Position numbers and translations under genes: made by a program
Shown here: positions 34,719 through 48,408 of the stretch, one piece after another
Layout: the number at the start of each line of letters is the position of its first letter
Position numbering within the stretch: position 1 is the stretch's first letter
From: Fistulifera solaris
Lineage: Eukaryota
DNA: 64,000 nucleotides
Assembly (NCBI GenBank): GCA_030295235.1
Contig: AP026167.1
Location: 372,001-436,000 of the forward strand
Direction: 5' to 3'
The notes under the pieces: generated by a model
Database searches by the model: none
Seen by the model: only the letters and a program-made list of their open reading frames with translations
What the model was told of the DNA's origin: nothing

Positions 34719-36166
34719 GGCTCTTGAAAGGTAAGTCGACAATATAACAGCTCAACCAAGGTTCTCAAGTGCCCCAATAAATTTACTTCTGCTTAGCCAG
34801 CAGGTAGGCGATATTTTTCCCTGCGTTACGTGAGAAGTGCTACCAATTCAAAGAAAATAATATTGATAAATATCTAACACCCATCTCATCCCTATGTTGA
34901 CCGATGGCGTCGATGTCGATGGTCCATCACAAAAAACTTTATTCTCCTTTTTGCAAGTAAACCGGCATCGATGTTCCTCAAACTCTATACTAAGTTAACG
35001 TCCGGTACCCTGAATATGGAATATTATGTAAAGGGTACTCGGACAAGCGGAAGGATAGACTATCCTTAATGGTGTTGAACACGAAATGGGATTCCAATCG
35101 AGACAGAGGGCAAATGTCTTCGCCTTCTTTTCTCCTTCATCCTCCCTCCACCTCTCGGAAGTTCCGGGACTCCGGAGGAAGTTGGTGGCAGGTTCTCTAC
35201 AACGAGGTTCCGTGCTACGTGCTATGTCGTCCGGTGATGCAGAATACTAGCTTATAGCTTATCAGGCAAAGGAAATAACATGGTATTAGGTACACCGTAT
35301 TCAAATTGCTTTGAACTGCAAAACTACTCCATGTTCCGTATAATCTTTCTCGAACAGCTATTTGCCAGATTCCAGACAATCGTTTTTGAAGCTGCGAAAA
35401 CCATACTGCACTTCAAAGTTTTCGCAGCGAGTAGCACAGTTAGTCTAGTAGCCTTGATTGGATCTTTCATGATCATTATTTGCTTGGAAACAAGAACTAC
35501 TGTTTCATTCTTTGACTGTGGTGAACCAATACGAAATGAAGGTCCAGCGCCAATCCCTATTTGGTTCTTTCTTTCTATGCTATCCAAATTGATCGCAAGC
35601 TTGCCTTAGCCCGGGTCTATCTCGTACGTTATGATCTCTTATGTGTGATACAATAGGAGTTATTGTCACTATTGACGAGAACAACTGACACGATGATACT
35701 CTTTCACCGGTTGGGAGTTTGAACGCATGGACAACAATTAATGCAGTCAAGGTCAAGGTCGACAGGCCTGAGTCACGAGTCTCGCGCGAGTAAAGTGGAC
35801 CGTTGCAGGTTGCAGTGTCACAGTTAGAGCGAGAAAATACCCAGTACAAAAAAAGTCCGTTGGAAGTTGTGAAGTACGCAGCACACTATACTATGGTACA
35901 GTCTGTACTCTGACTTGATTCGGTACACCCAACACCCGACACCCGACCCTGCAAACCAAACCCACGGCGCTATTTATTGCGGCCACGACGCTTGCCTAAT
36001 GAATGCCTGAGCATCTTTTGTTTGTGGTTTTGTTTTGATTAAAATAGGTAAAGAGCTACGCCTTAAGAAATATAATCCAGCCTAGTGGATAACCTTGTTC
36101 AGAGTTTAGTTGAGGGGGCGGAAGCAATTAGCAGCTAAGTAGCAGATAACTTCTTTTCTCGCAATA

Positions 36167-37604
36167 ATGACAAAGGCCTCTTCAGAATCAGCAAATTTGA
36201 ACATGGATTTACAAGCCATTGCGTTAGCAATAATAGCAGGAGAAAAGTCGGGACTGCCGTCAGTGCTAACACCGTTACCTGTTGGATATGAGCCTCGTAA
36301 TCGAGATGTATGCTGCGGTCGTGGGAAGCGAAACTGGAATCACGAAGGAAACGTTTGGTTCAGGAATTTAATCCAAGCGAACGTAGACCGGTACGTCCAG
36401 GCTCCCTCAAAAACTGATAAGACTGCGGTAGTTATTTCCGTGGTAGAACAGGTGCGACAGGAGGGCGCATTTTTGTTAAACAAGATGATGATTCTGGGAG
36501 ATGGTACGATATTGGAGATATTCAAGCCAGAGAAAAGGTCGGGCATTCTCTTCGTGATCAAGTAACGGCCCAGAAAAAGAAAGAAAAAGAAAGCGATTCA
36601 CTTTCTCCTCCTCGTTCGCGGACTCCCCCTCCAGAGACAGTGCATAGCTTCGTGTCTTCTCAACATTCTAGCTCTTCAATTTCTCAACACCTTATCGATC
36701 AACAAACTGCTGCAAATCTCATTGCTCCTCAAATGGCCTTTTCGATGCCCCCAACCACGAGCACTGGCGTCAACGCAATCAATATGACTGATGAAGTTCG
36801 CCAGAGTATCAATTTTTGTATGCAAATCCGCAAACATTCGGTGACATTCAAAGTCAGCAAGCTCAACCGCACCAGTTACAGCCTTTGAATGTACAGCAAT
36901 TACACGATCTGCAACCAACGCCAATACATCCACAACTTCAGCATCAATTTCGAAACATGTATCAGCAGCCCCCTCAAGTGAATGTACAACAACTCAACCG
37001 AATGCCAGCCCCACTCAACCCGGATTATGGCTACGGTGATGTCGATTATTATGCCGAACAGACGAGAAAAACACGCGATGACAATGACCTTGTAGATCGC
37101 CGCCGATCGTCTCGTGAATCGGTGGAAGTTCTAGAGAAGTTCGGTCGTCGCCCCTCGTGGCGAGCCATGAGTATATCGTCGTCCTCAGCAAAAGGTTTAG
37201 TTAGCGATATACACGACTTTCAAAGCGAGTTTGGAGACGACCTATTCGATGACTTTGTCTTTGATCGCCGCCGGTCTTCGATTCAACCTTTTTCTATTCA
37301 AGCAGGCGCCATCGATGCACGTCGAATGTCTGCAATGAGTATGGGATCCGCTTTGGGGGACTCACTCGGTGATCTAGACAGCGTTCCAGGTGTTATGTCG
37401 CATGTTCAATTTAACAACAATTTCCGTAGTTCAATTCGAAGAAGCTCCGTCAACTGGATGAGAGACGTTCAACAGCAATTTTCTGAATTTGACAGGCAAC
37501 AAGCTAGTGATGCTGGCACTAGTCCTGGCGGTTATGATAGGCGAGCATCAACATTAGACATGTTAAAAGTTCTACAAGATATGGACTACCATGACGATGA
37601 ATAA
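36167..37604 (+). CDS. DUF6824-domain protein with Q-rich and RRSS-rich low-complexity tail
   Basis: DVCCGRG...HEGN.WFR...KT.V...V...R..G.FF.K....W......AREKVGHSLRD. T-run frameshifts near 36470 and 36815. Confidence 0.85.
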
Positions 37605-37649
37605 CTATGGGTATGCATGCAATAATAAGTCTGTGTAAAGCCGGTTATT

Positions 37650-39313
37650 CTAAACATTCAAAAAAATGTATTTTGTCTCTAAGTACTCCTCGAGGCCGAG
37701 GCTTCCACCTTCACGACCAAGGCCACTCTCTTTGACACCTCCAAACGGAGCGACACATGTGCTCATGATTCCATCATTCACTCCTACCATACCAGTCTCG
37801 AGACTAGAAAGCCAAAGGTAAGGATATATAGTGAGACGAGTTCCACGCGCAATTCTTGCTTACCGTTCTGCAAAACGGAAAGCCCTGGACATGTCTCGGG
37901 TACAGAAATAAGAAGCAAGACCGACATTGGAATCATTAGCCACTTTCAGTGCTTCCTCCTCATTACTGAAGGACCTAATGGGCACGACGGGACCAAAGTT
38001 TTCGTCATGCCATACGAGGCTCTCTGTCGACACATTAGTCAAGACAGTTGGATTGTAAAACTGTCCGCTAGGTTTTTCATCGACGTCGCCGTACACGCAT
38101 TTTGCGCCTTCCTTAACTGCCTTCTGAATTGTTTCGTACGTATTCGATGCTGCTGACTTGGTGATCAGTGGACCCATCGTCGTTCCCTCGTCCATACCAT
38201 CACCTACATGAATGCTCTCATCAATCTTTTTCAGTAAACGTTCCACGAACTCATCGTGAATGGAGTCATGTAACAAGAAGCGATCGGCGCACACACATGT
38301 TTGGCCCGCATTACGAAATTTACTTGCGACAGCCGCCCTGACAGCTTGATCCAAATCAGCATCCTCAAAAACAATAAACGGTGCATTCCCTCCCAATTCC
38401 ATCGAAACGTGTTTCACTGTAGAGCTACTCCATTCCATTAGCTGTTTTCCGACGCTAGTGGACCCCGTGAAACTTACTTTCGCCACTCCTGGATTGGTAC
38501 AAAGTTCGTGACCAATGTCAGTACCGTGCTCAGCCGTCACGACTTGCATGACCTCGGCAGGGATTCCCGCCTCTTGGGCCAGATTCTGAAGCGCCAAGGT
38601 CGTTAGCGGTGTTCGACCACTCGGTTTGATAACCACGGTGCATCCTGCAGCCAAGGCTGGTGCCCCTTTGCGTGTGATCTATAAACCGGAACGTTAGAAT
38701 GGCGCAGTCGACTTCGAGGCTGTACAACACGTACCATAGCAAGCGGGAAGTTCCATGGAGTGATCAAGGCAGCAACACCAACCGCTTGTTTAATTCCTAA
38801 CACTTTTCCTCGAGGAGATCCCTTTTCAGTAGTAAATGTAGTCGGCATTTGAAACCCTCCACCGGGACCGTTTTGACGCACTGCTTCCGCGGCAAACCAT
38901 TCGACGAACGAATTTCCGTGAGTTAATTCGCTCATGCTTTCTGCCAAGGGCTTACCGGACTCCAAGGTCATAATTTTAGCCAAATCTTCTCGATTCTCAT
39001 GAATGAGAGAATGCCATTTCTTGAGCTTTTGAGCACGGTCGGAAGCCGTCATGTCGTCGCGCCAGGAAGACAGAGCTTTTGCAGCAGTGGCAATCGCTTC
39101 CCGAGTTTCACGACGCCCCTTGTTCGATAAATACGCAACAACCTCATCGGGTCGAGCAGGATTATGAACTTGAAAGGTGTCGGAAGAGGATGATTCTTGC
39201 AACCAATTTTGAAGCAAAGAATGATTGTTGATGTGCGATAGTACGGAAGCAGTCGTCATGGTACGAGATGATATGCTTCGTAAGCGTCGAAAAAAGAGTG
39301 TTTTATGGAACAT
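37650..39313 (-). CDS. ALDH5A1: Succinate-semialdehyde dehydrogenase (ALDH5/GabD), mitochondrial-type leader
   Basis: [63 protein letters not shown]. Introns 38734-38679 and 37863-37804. Confidence 0.93.
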
Positions 39314-39965
39314 TATGAGTAAGACTGTTTCATTCGATTCGAAAAGAGTGTTCTCGGTTCACAATGTAGACAATAGCCTCCAATATTCGATCGACGTTTT
39401 GATGGATTCTTCGAATGCAATAATAACGAAGTGGGGATCGGAAGTTGAGAACGTGATGGGTCCTGCTCGTCATGTACTGAGTCATGAGTCATATGTGACA
39501 TAGTCACGGTTTTTAAATAAAAGGGACAGAAATCAAGCTTAGCAGTATAACTATTTTGAGTGCAGCACACAGTCACGTTTCTCTGTAAATATTCCGAACT
39601 GTTGGACCCAACGTACACTCCATATGATGTATCTTCTTAACTGTACCGGCGTACTTCTACCCCTGTATCAAGGACGAGCCCGAAGTTACAGCAAGGTTCC
39701 CGCCAACGCGCCAGCCGACTCGATAACGGACGAATTTTCTCGATGGGTGGATGGGGACCGCAAAACACTTTCGTTTCATCGTTGCCTATGCGTTGGTTCA
39801 TGACAATTTCTTGATGGAAAGGTTTATTTAGTGCTCTCCAACAAGTTATTGCTTTTTTAAACAAACTCAGCTTGTAAGTAATCTGATCACTATTGCCGGA
39901 CCTACGAAGGCAAGTTCACAACCCGAAGATTGCTGCAGGCGGCCCGAAAAGCGTGATAGCAAGTC

Positions 39966-42900
39966 ATGATGGAGAGTAACGGCTCGAAACAAAGGAAGGT
40001 AGATAAGCCTAATGAGGTCGAGTCGTCGTCTAGTCATGCGCGCGATCAGACTCCATCGAACCAGAATTCGGAGCGTCCAGTTGTGCCCATCCCAGTTCGA
40101 CCGGTCCCTCCTAATGAGTACACGAAGAAAGCTGACGATTCGTGTAGATCGACCGGAATCAATCCCATGACGACAATCCAAAATGGCTTACAAAACGAGC
40201 AAAATGCAAAGTCCGGGAAGGTGAATTCTTCAAATGAAAGTGGAAACAATTTCTACTTGTCTTCTTTAGTTGATCCGAACAAGGCAATAACTTCGCTTGA
40301 TCCTCAGCCGGCCACTTTTTCGCCCTCGAGTGATCGTTCCTCTCCCTTTCGACTATTTTCACCTTTTTCGACACCGGGCTCTCAAGCTTCTCCTTCAAGA
40401 GCTTCGACACCCCCAGTGATTCTGGAGGGACACGAAACTCTGCAACACTCAGACGACTCCTCCGCTCGTGGTGTACATCGCACCGCCAGCGGGAAACGTC
40501 AACTGCAACGAGGTATTTCCACCAACAGTTCGCTCGAGCTTTCTCCTCATCGAACTGGGCAAAAATCGGTACGGAACGAAGATCTCGAACCCGGAAATAC
40601 CGATGACGAAGTACTAATGGATGTTGCTCAGCTGGGTGTCCATCGACGCCACCAACCCAGTATTGTTGCTTCGCCACCTCGTCCCAATCATACTGATTTG
40701 TACCGATCTCGGAGGCAACAGCATCATCCCCGTTTTAAACGTAAGGAAACGAGCGGAATTTGGCGGCTTGGTCGTTGGATCCGGTCCTGTCTTTTGCAGG
40801 GATACCGGCCTATCTATTGGCGACGCTCTTCTTTTCCGACATGCTTCCAAGAATCGGCTGTCGTACCGCATCTTCGTCGAGTTAGCCAACGACGCAGCAA
40901 AGCTTCGCGATCAGCGTCGTTTCAAAGACCGACGAGAAGCTGATCTCTTTGAATTAGTTCAAAAGAACTAGATAAAAACGGCTCCGAGAGAAGAAATCGA
41001 TCGAAACCTCCTGCGATTACTATAGTGGATGAGCGAGTCGATTCGTATGATGTTTGGCTATCCGATCAGCATGAAAGAGCACCGCACACGAATACCAATA
41101 TCGAACACAGTCCGCCGGCTGACATGAATTCACTTTGCGGATACTTGGCACGCACAGCCTCGGTAACGAATCGCGACTCGTACGTTCAACGAGACGCTCT
41201 CAACTCAAAGGCTCGAGTTCTTATTACGGGGATACTCAATCCAACAGGCTTCCATCTCGCCTTAGCATTAAAAGAACGCTGCGGTGTCGAGTTGATGATC
41301 GGAATAGATAACATGTTCCCAAATACGGTCAAGAGTCGGTTGGACCTCATCAAGCCCATGGAAATTTTGTATACTACTATACCGAAACTTTCTCGACCAA
41401 TCTACGCTTCTTATGTTGGCATTGATCCGACCAAACAACCAAAGAAAAACAGCCCATCTCTTGATATGACGGGCGAACTCAATTTATATGGCGCATTTCA
41501 ACCCACTCACATCATTCACCTGGGTTCCATTACCGAAGATGCCTATTTTACAAGCACGGACACTAGCCACGAAAAGAATGCTATGTTTTCTTTCCGGTCG
41601 GCTCTTGCCGGAATGGAACAAATACTTTCTTCCATTGCCTCTGTCAATGACAAATCGAAACGACCTCATTTGATGTTTGCATCCTCGAACCTTTTCCACG
41701 AGCGCATACCAAATGATTGGATGGACGTGTTACAAGGAAGATCTCGAATGATGGACGAAATCATGGCAGATTTCTACTATGCGAAGTATGGTGTGGAGTC
41801 AGTGGCGCTGCGGTTACCGAACGGAATCTATGGTCCATGGGTTCGCACGTCGGACGTCGCTAACGCTGAGTTTTGGAAAGTGAGCAGCGTATTACAGTCT
41901 AGTCTCGAATCCCATTGCACGGCGGAAAACTGTATCAACTCGACTCTGACTTCCTCTTGGGAACACGACGACAAATGGGACTTTCTTTATGTGGATGATG
42001 CGGTTGACACGATTATTGCCGCGATGCAGTTTCGCTCTCCTTCTTTTCTTCCTGTGACGTTTGAAGTTACCTCAGGTGGTACATTATCTCTTTCTGACGT
42101 GAGAGAGGTCGCTCAAAGCAAATTAAGCGCTCTCAAAAAAGTCGAGGGCACCTCGTTGACTTCGACTATGCGAGCTATGACCGAATACGATAACCTAATC
42201 GCTGCCCGGAAAGCGTCAGAGGAAAAGTTGAGCTGGCACAAACCAAGAGTCACGCCAGACGAAGGCTTCACGCGTACTTTGGCATGGTTGATGGATCAGG
42301 CTCGCCCTTTTCCCTCACTACAGAAGCACCACGATGCTGCCGGTGAACAAAGCATTAACCCAGAATCGCGGACGGGCGATAACCTTTTGATCCAAAATCT
42401 GCTTCCTACTTGTGGATCCGAAGATATTCTTTGCCATCGCGGGCAAAAATATTTACCCTGTGCATCAAGCTGCACGACAAAACAGCACTGTTTGCCTTCT
42501 TTGTTTGATTCCGTGCTCGAGGTATTCAGAGAAGTTACTGAAGGTTGTGACATTGTCTTATATACACATCAGCTTGGAAAAGATGTATCGGACCTTCAAC
42601 TGCAAGCAGAATATATGGAAGAAGGCGACCCTCTAATTTGTAATGTGGCCATTGTTTCCAGAGAAAGTCCTTTGGTTGAAACTGTAATTAGAAAGGTACC
42701 CGAAGATCAGTTGGTCAAACTAGGCGTGGAAGCCAACTCTCAAGATCGAAGTAAGAAGAGCGCCTTTTATCAAAAGAAAATTTCCCAGTTGAATGGTAGA
42801 CTTCTATTCCGTGGCTGGGTTTTAATTTGGCCGGAAACCGAGACACCCCAACCTCTTCACGAGCATGAAGCTGCATTACTAAAGCTCACACCGAATGCCT

Positions 42901-43775
42901 TTTTCGCATCAGACGTGAAATACGCACTATATATTGACCAAACATTCACCGTTTCACCGAGCCTAAAGGACATCCAGTTTTTGGTCAGCGAGATGCAGCG
43001 ATCGCATTGGCCTAAGAGACTGGTGAAGAGAAAGACTACACCCAAAGCTAAGTTCGTGTTGCCTGCCGAACCAAACCGACGAGCTGTTATTCTCATGTCA
43101 GAACTAAAGTATCAGGATTCAGCAACGGCAGAGCGTCTTCCTCCTGACACAAACATCGAGGTATACGAGGCGACACGATTCATGCGCTTCGAGCTCGGCG
43201 AGGAACCTCTTGGCAAAGAACCGTTTGCTCTCAGACTCCAACGGGAATTTTATCAAAAGCTTCCATCGATTATCAATCGTGACCAAATGCGATCTTCGAC
43301 AGAAGCTTCCTACAAGTTTAACATGAGTAAGTTTTGGGCAAGGACGCGATGGATTCTTCACGACATGAAGCTTGAAGAAGCCCACCAGCTTCGTTGTGAC
43401 TGGTACCAAGAACACATTCACTGGGGTACTAAGCTTGATCAACTGAGTCTCTCCTTCGTCATGGCCAGACGAGATGTCGAGCGCCGCATCGCACATATGG
43501 AACCCGACGATAACGTTCTTAAGCCAATGCAGGAAAACATCGAAATGAAGAGACTTCTTTCGGATACTTTCGAGTGGCACTCGATGCTCACCGAGCAAAA
43601 CAAACACTTTGCGCCCTATGAAATGATCAAAGTACTACCGTACGGGATAAGTTACAATTTGGAAGAAGAGCAATATCACGGAAGCCATGGGCAAAAGCCT
43701 CCTTTATTTGCTCGTATCATTTCAGATAGGACTTTGTCTCTTGCTCGCAAAGAATGGAACCGCCGTAACAAATAG
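39966..43775 (+). CDS. Large protein: low-complexity N-terminus + degenerate NAD-dependent epimerase domain + DUF616 (TOD1/MUCI70-like) domain
   Basis: RVLITGILNPTGFHLALAL...GIDN, VALRLPNGIYGPW, DFLYVDDAV (extended SDR); KLTP..FF...KYALYID, CDWYQE, DQLSLSFV (DUF616-like). Frame junctions at about 40740-40965 are uncertain; an A-run frameshift lies near 40963. Confidence 0.7.
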
Positions 43776-44122
43776 TTTGAGCAACACGCTAGCGACATCT
43801 CAACGGCCAGTGATGAGCTTTACGTTTGACATCGAAACGAAGGGTGATACTTATCATCATGATGGCAACAAGTAGCACTCCATCGTCAACAGACGAGATA
43901 TAACATACGTAATCATTCTCATAATGAATCACTAGTTTCGCAACTCATTGCAACAATCCCATTGGCAGGCGTCTGTTCTATCTTAGGTGACATTATTTTA
44001 GTAACACATGTGTATCCATCTTTCATAGAAAGGTGTGCGTTCTGCTTCATCGTCAAACCTTACCCTCTTTGGGCCTTTTCTACTTTTCCTCTTGCTTTTA
44101 CTTTTGCTTGATCTGATTCTGC

Positions 44123-45557
44123 TCATTTGTGATACTTTTGAATACCGCGAATCATCATCTTTTGTTGACATTGTCGTTGAGCTGGAAAAAGTTTATCAGC
44201 GTATTCAATAAATTTAGCCATTGCACCTTCAATCACTTCACGCATTGTCGGCTCAATTGAAGGTTCTTGCTGGGGCGAGGAATCGTGATCCGTTGCCTGA
44301 CGAACAAGTTCATCGAGTTGTCGCAACGATGCTTCTGTAGGAGGTGCTTGTTTGGGCATGTCATGGTAATCCCTTTCCCGATGAACTAGTTCATCGAGTT
44401 GTCGGGCATGATCATTCGAAGTGTTTTGTTCCAAGTGAACATCGTCTTCCGCGGCAATAATCGTGTCTACTAACGGTGCAGTGGGCTCAGAAGGACGCTT
44501 GGAATAGTCGCCTAATGGGCTTTTCGTGACAGAATCAAACAAACTGCGAAACCCTTCACTTGACTGTTGTCCTAGAAACTTCAGCGGTAATTCTGTTGGT
44601 ACGTAGCCTTCCCCATCCATCAATTGTTTCCACTTTTCCGTGACTGAGCAAATCGAATCCACAGACGGTTGCTCTTCAATTTGTATATCATTACAATGCG
44701 GGTTCGACGCAGGCTGCTGTTGTGAATTTTCGGTACCGTGCAATTGTTCGTCTTGACCAAGATTGGCTTTTTCGTCGCTAAAAGAGGCCCTTATGGAATC
44801 GTTTTCAAGCAGTAGAGTTTCTGTTGGCTTATTTTCCGGTTGTCGTTCATCGACACTATGTGTGTGTTCTCTCTCATCGGCGGGCGCGAGGACGATGTTG
44901 GATTCACTAGCGTTCGAACCGGGCGGCGAAGTGACCTCACTGACTACTTCCTTTTTCTCATTCTGCAAGATTCCCGAATTTACGATGAATGCTTCGAGCT
45001 TATTGTGCTTTTGTGTCACGGACGTTTCTTTCACACTTCCTTGTCGACTCTCTCGAGAGCCTTTCCTCCGTTGTCCACAATTCGCCTTTTCGTCATCTCT
45101 CTTCTCTTCCTCAACCGAAACACTTTCAGATATTGATGCTGCAGGTGAGGCTTCTTCAAAGGAAATTCGTATGACTTCTTTAGGTCGTATACCAACACGA
45201 GGAGAAGGCCCATTGCATTTCCGGGTGTTTGTTGTCGCGTAGTTATTCAGATTGGTGATGGTCATAGGTTTTAGTAAAGACTGTCTTTTTACAGGAGCTT
45301 CTTCTTCTTGACTTTCTGCTATTAAGTTTTTGTACACCTGCAATATTGAATTGAATAATGCATGGTCAACGGCGTGTAAGGACGACCCCTCTTTATGACG
45401 TCGGCATAGCTCTCAGTTTTCGCAATTCACTTACCATGATGTTGATTTCTAACCCCCAGCCACACTATACAACCATTCAATCAGCTTATTAACGCTGCTC
45501 CTTCCTGAATATTCAAAAATCACCTTCGTTTGTCGGTTCGGAAAGTTGGTGTGCCAT
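44123..45557 (-). CDS. Hypothetical low-complexity protein
   Basis: 406-aa E/S/Q-rich ORF with an internal repeat RQLDELV. Apparent intron near 45434-45338 and a short upstream exon; both ends uncertain. Confidence 0.55.
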
Positions 45558-45974
45558 GGCAACAAAATTTTCGAACATAAATAATCAAAAACTCCAACCA
45601 AAATTCAAAAATCGGCGGAGACTTAGCGAGTCGCGCTCTGTAGGAAAATACTATGTGGAAAAACAGATTAGAGTCTCTGGTTTCATTACTTAATAACGTG
45701 GTACCCGTTGCACAATAAAGAAGCCTAAATGATATTATGGATTCTAAAATTATTTCCAGTAGCCACGGTGATAGTAGACAGTGAAGGCATCATTTCAACG
45801 ATGACCGGTGAGCGGGCCGGCCCGAAATCGACCTTTCATTGATTACAGTCTTTCCACAACAGCTTCTCATAGTAAACTTAGCACAAGAACGCATTGGAGA
45901 CTAAAACTTCAATATTCCCCCATCATCGGGGCTAACGACGGACGACGACTAAACCTAACTGCACTGCCGACTGC

Positions 45975-46057
45975 GGGAAGGACGTTAAAATTCTGCCTCT
46001 CAGTACAAGATTCTACGTAACGTCTACGACGAGGCAGAATTTTAACGCCGTTGCCCC
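45975..46057. repeat. Hairpin element with perfect 17-bp inverted repeat (MITE-like)
   Basis: CGTTAAAATTCTGCCTC (45983-45999) / GAGGCAGAATTTTAACG (46031-46047); a second copy lies at 7540-7618. Confidence 0.8.
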
Positions 46058-46077
46058 GGTCGGTGAAACTACTAGTT

Positions 46078-46108
46078 ACCGGTACCGGTACCCTGGTACC
46101 GGTACCCA
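46078..46108. repeat. GGTACC palindromic microsatellite
   Basis: ACCGGTACCGGTACCCTGGTACCGGTACCC; similar runs at about 15131-15155 and 48588-48607. Confidence 0.65.
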
Positions 46109-46635
46109 CTTATGATGAATTGTTACGTGCATTCCAAGTCCAGAAAGCTTACTTTGTATACACTTACTCACCCTGGAAATGTGCTAATCGTTCCAATTTC
46201 TGGCAGGGGCTCGTATTCCTGTATAACCTAAAAACAAGGACGTGCTTGTGACGAGCAGAAGCTCTCCACTCGATGATGATGTTCGTCGTTAATTCATTCA
46301 TTCGTTTGTCCTTCGACCAAGCCGAGTGCGAGGTGCGAGGTACAGACGTGTGTCTTGATTCTTTTATTTATGCCATAAACTCAATATTTCCCTCCGTTTC
46401 CAATTACTTCGTAAAGAAAAAGCTTTCAACAGCGACAACGATAATAATCTGTTTTCGTTCCAAACTTCGAAGTAACCCAGACTCACGCAAACAAAGTCGT
46501 CGCCAGTGGGAAATTGCGCATCTGATCTTTGCAATAGAAAGCTGATAGCTGTTATTCTTGTTTGGAGAAACAGATTCTACAAGGCGACACCCTCATCATT
46601 CTTTGCCGATCAGGATCGTAAAATTTCTCAACATC

Positions 46636-47549
46636 ATGAAGAAGACTCACTTCACCATGGAACCTTCGTTCGAAGCGAAGAGTCCACCGGCTTCAAGAAG
46701 ACGAGGATCGAAAGCGGATTCGACCAGCGATGACACAGAGGGGAGTTTGGACTATTCGTCAGGTAACAGCACTAGATCTACCGATAGCAGTTTTGCAGAC
46801 ATTTTGAAAGTTCTCGAAGGACCCGAAATGACAGCAGATTTAGCAAATTATCTGGAAACAACAGCAAAAGCAAAATAACAGAGATGATAAATCTATAGCA
46901 GAATCGTCGCTCGCGTACAGTTACGCGGATGGAGAGTCCCAGATGATGCGATCTCATTTCACCGGTGGTGGTTCCCTGGCCTACAGCACCATGACGGATG
47001 GAGAATCGCACATGGTGCGATCTCATTGGACTGGGACCGATGCGTCTACATTGCATGGGGCCGACTTTGTGACAACCATTCCAGGGTAAGGTCGAACACA
47101 ACTCAAATTCAGCCTGTACGCATTGAACCTACGTCAATCTTCACTCACATTGTGAACACAGGCCACTCAATGATTCGTCGACAGGGGGAACTCGACAACC
47201 GCCACCCACAGTGGATAGACCTTTATCCATCAACGACCAACTATTGTTTTCTCCTGCCGAGCACGAGGACAGTATGAAATTAAGGAAGCAACGCAAGAAG
47301 CAACGAAAGCTTGAACAGAAACTGCGCCAATTACAAGAGCAACAGCTCAAAGAGCAACAAGAGCAACAACTGAAAGACCGACAACTTTCACAAACTCCAC
47401 CACAGCATACGCCGCCACCGCCGTTGGAACGTCCTCCCAAATCCTCCCCCGTGTCTCATGAGGATCCAAAGGTTGAAGAGGATGACATCTGGTACGCGAA
47501 GTGGTGGGTTCTTTGTTTCCCGGAATTTCAGATCCGTTCTAAGCCATAA
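46636..47549 (+). CDS. Hypothetical protein (S-rich N-terminus, Q/K coiled coil, WYAKWW C-terminus)
   Basis: ORF pieces linked by a probable frameshift near 46870 and an intron starting GTAAG at 47086. Duplicated DGES...RSH motif at about 46926 and 46995. Confidence 0.5.
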
Positions 47550-47606
47550 ACATTACACGCTAGCTTTTTGTTTGGCAAACAATAATCACAAAGAGTTTAG
47601 ACGATC

Positions 47607-48408
47607 TTAACCGATAATGGTTGCATCGCGCGACATGACGCTAGCCGAAAATTTGACCAAAAAAACCGCTTTTTTCCGATCTCCTTCTTCTACCGTATGT
47701 GCTGTAACACGCGCAGGGAATCCTGCTCCTTGTAGCATGCCCGCAATTATCCCCGAAATGTACGCATCGACCGACAATCCTCCCAGATCAGCAGGGACAC
47801 TAACACTTGTGCTGTAGTAAGTGCGGGAGAATGAAGTGAAAGGATGGAAAGGATGTCAGATCCAATATTTCATCCTTTCTTGTTCTGTGTTTACAAAACT
47901 AAGCTTGTTCTTGAAAATTTCTTTCCTCTTACCTTGTTATGGGCGCGTAGTCAACAATCATGAACTCGTCGGCATGATCAATACTTTTCTCCAAAGAGTC
48001 AGCAGCCTTCCCAAAAAGAGCTTTCCATGCCGTCGTTGAAACAAACTGTAGCATGTTCATCAGTTTGGTTTGTCGCGTGTAATCTCTAGCTCGATAAGCC
48101 AGCAATTCGAGAACTTTCAGTCCGACTCCGTAGCCCGCTGCTTCGAGACGATGCTCTAATGCGCTCACCGAATCGACGCGATTTTGATGATATTGCACCA
48201 TTTCGGAAAACAAGTAACTAAAGGCACTTAAGCTGACATTTTGTTCGGCAGATCTTAACGCATAAAGCAAAAGAATCACGATGAGCGTGATTTTGCAGGC
48301 ATAGGCGATATATCACACTCGGTTGTGACAACAAAATATCCTCCCTTACCGTTGCGATCGACCAACTGGACGGTCCAGGATAGTGCTGTTGCTAAGAAAT
48401 TGACTCAT
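47607..48408 (-). CDS. TRAPPC5: TRAPP complex subunit 5 (Trs31)
   Basis: ILDRP, VSLSAFSYLFSEMVQY, WKALFGKAADSLEKS, GFPARVTAH. Introns 48349-48254 and 47932-47812. Confidence 0.93.
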
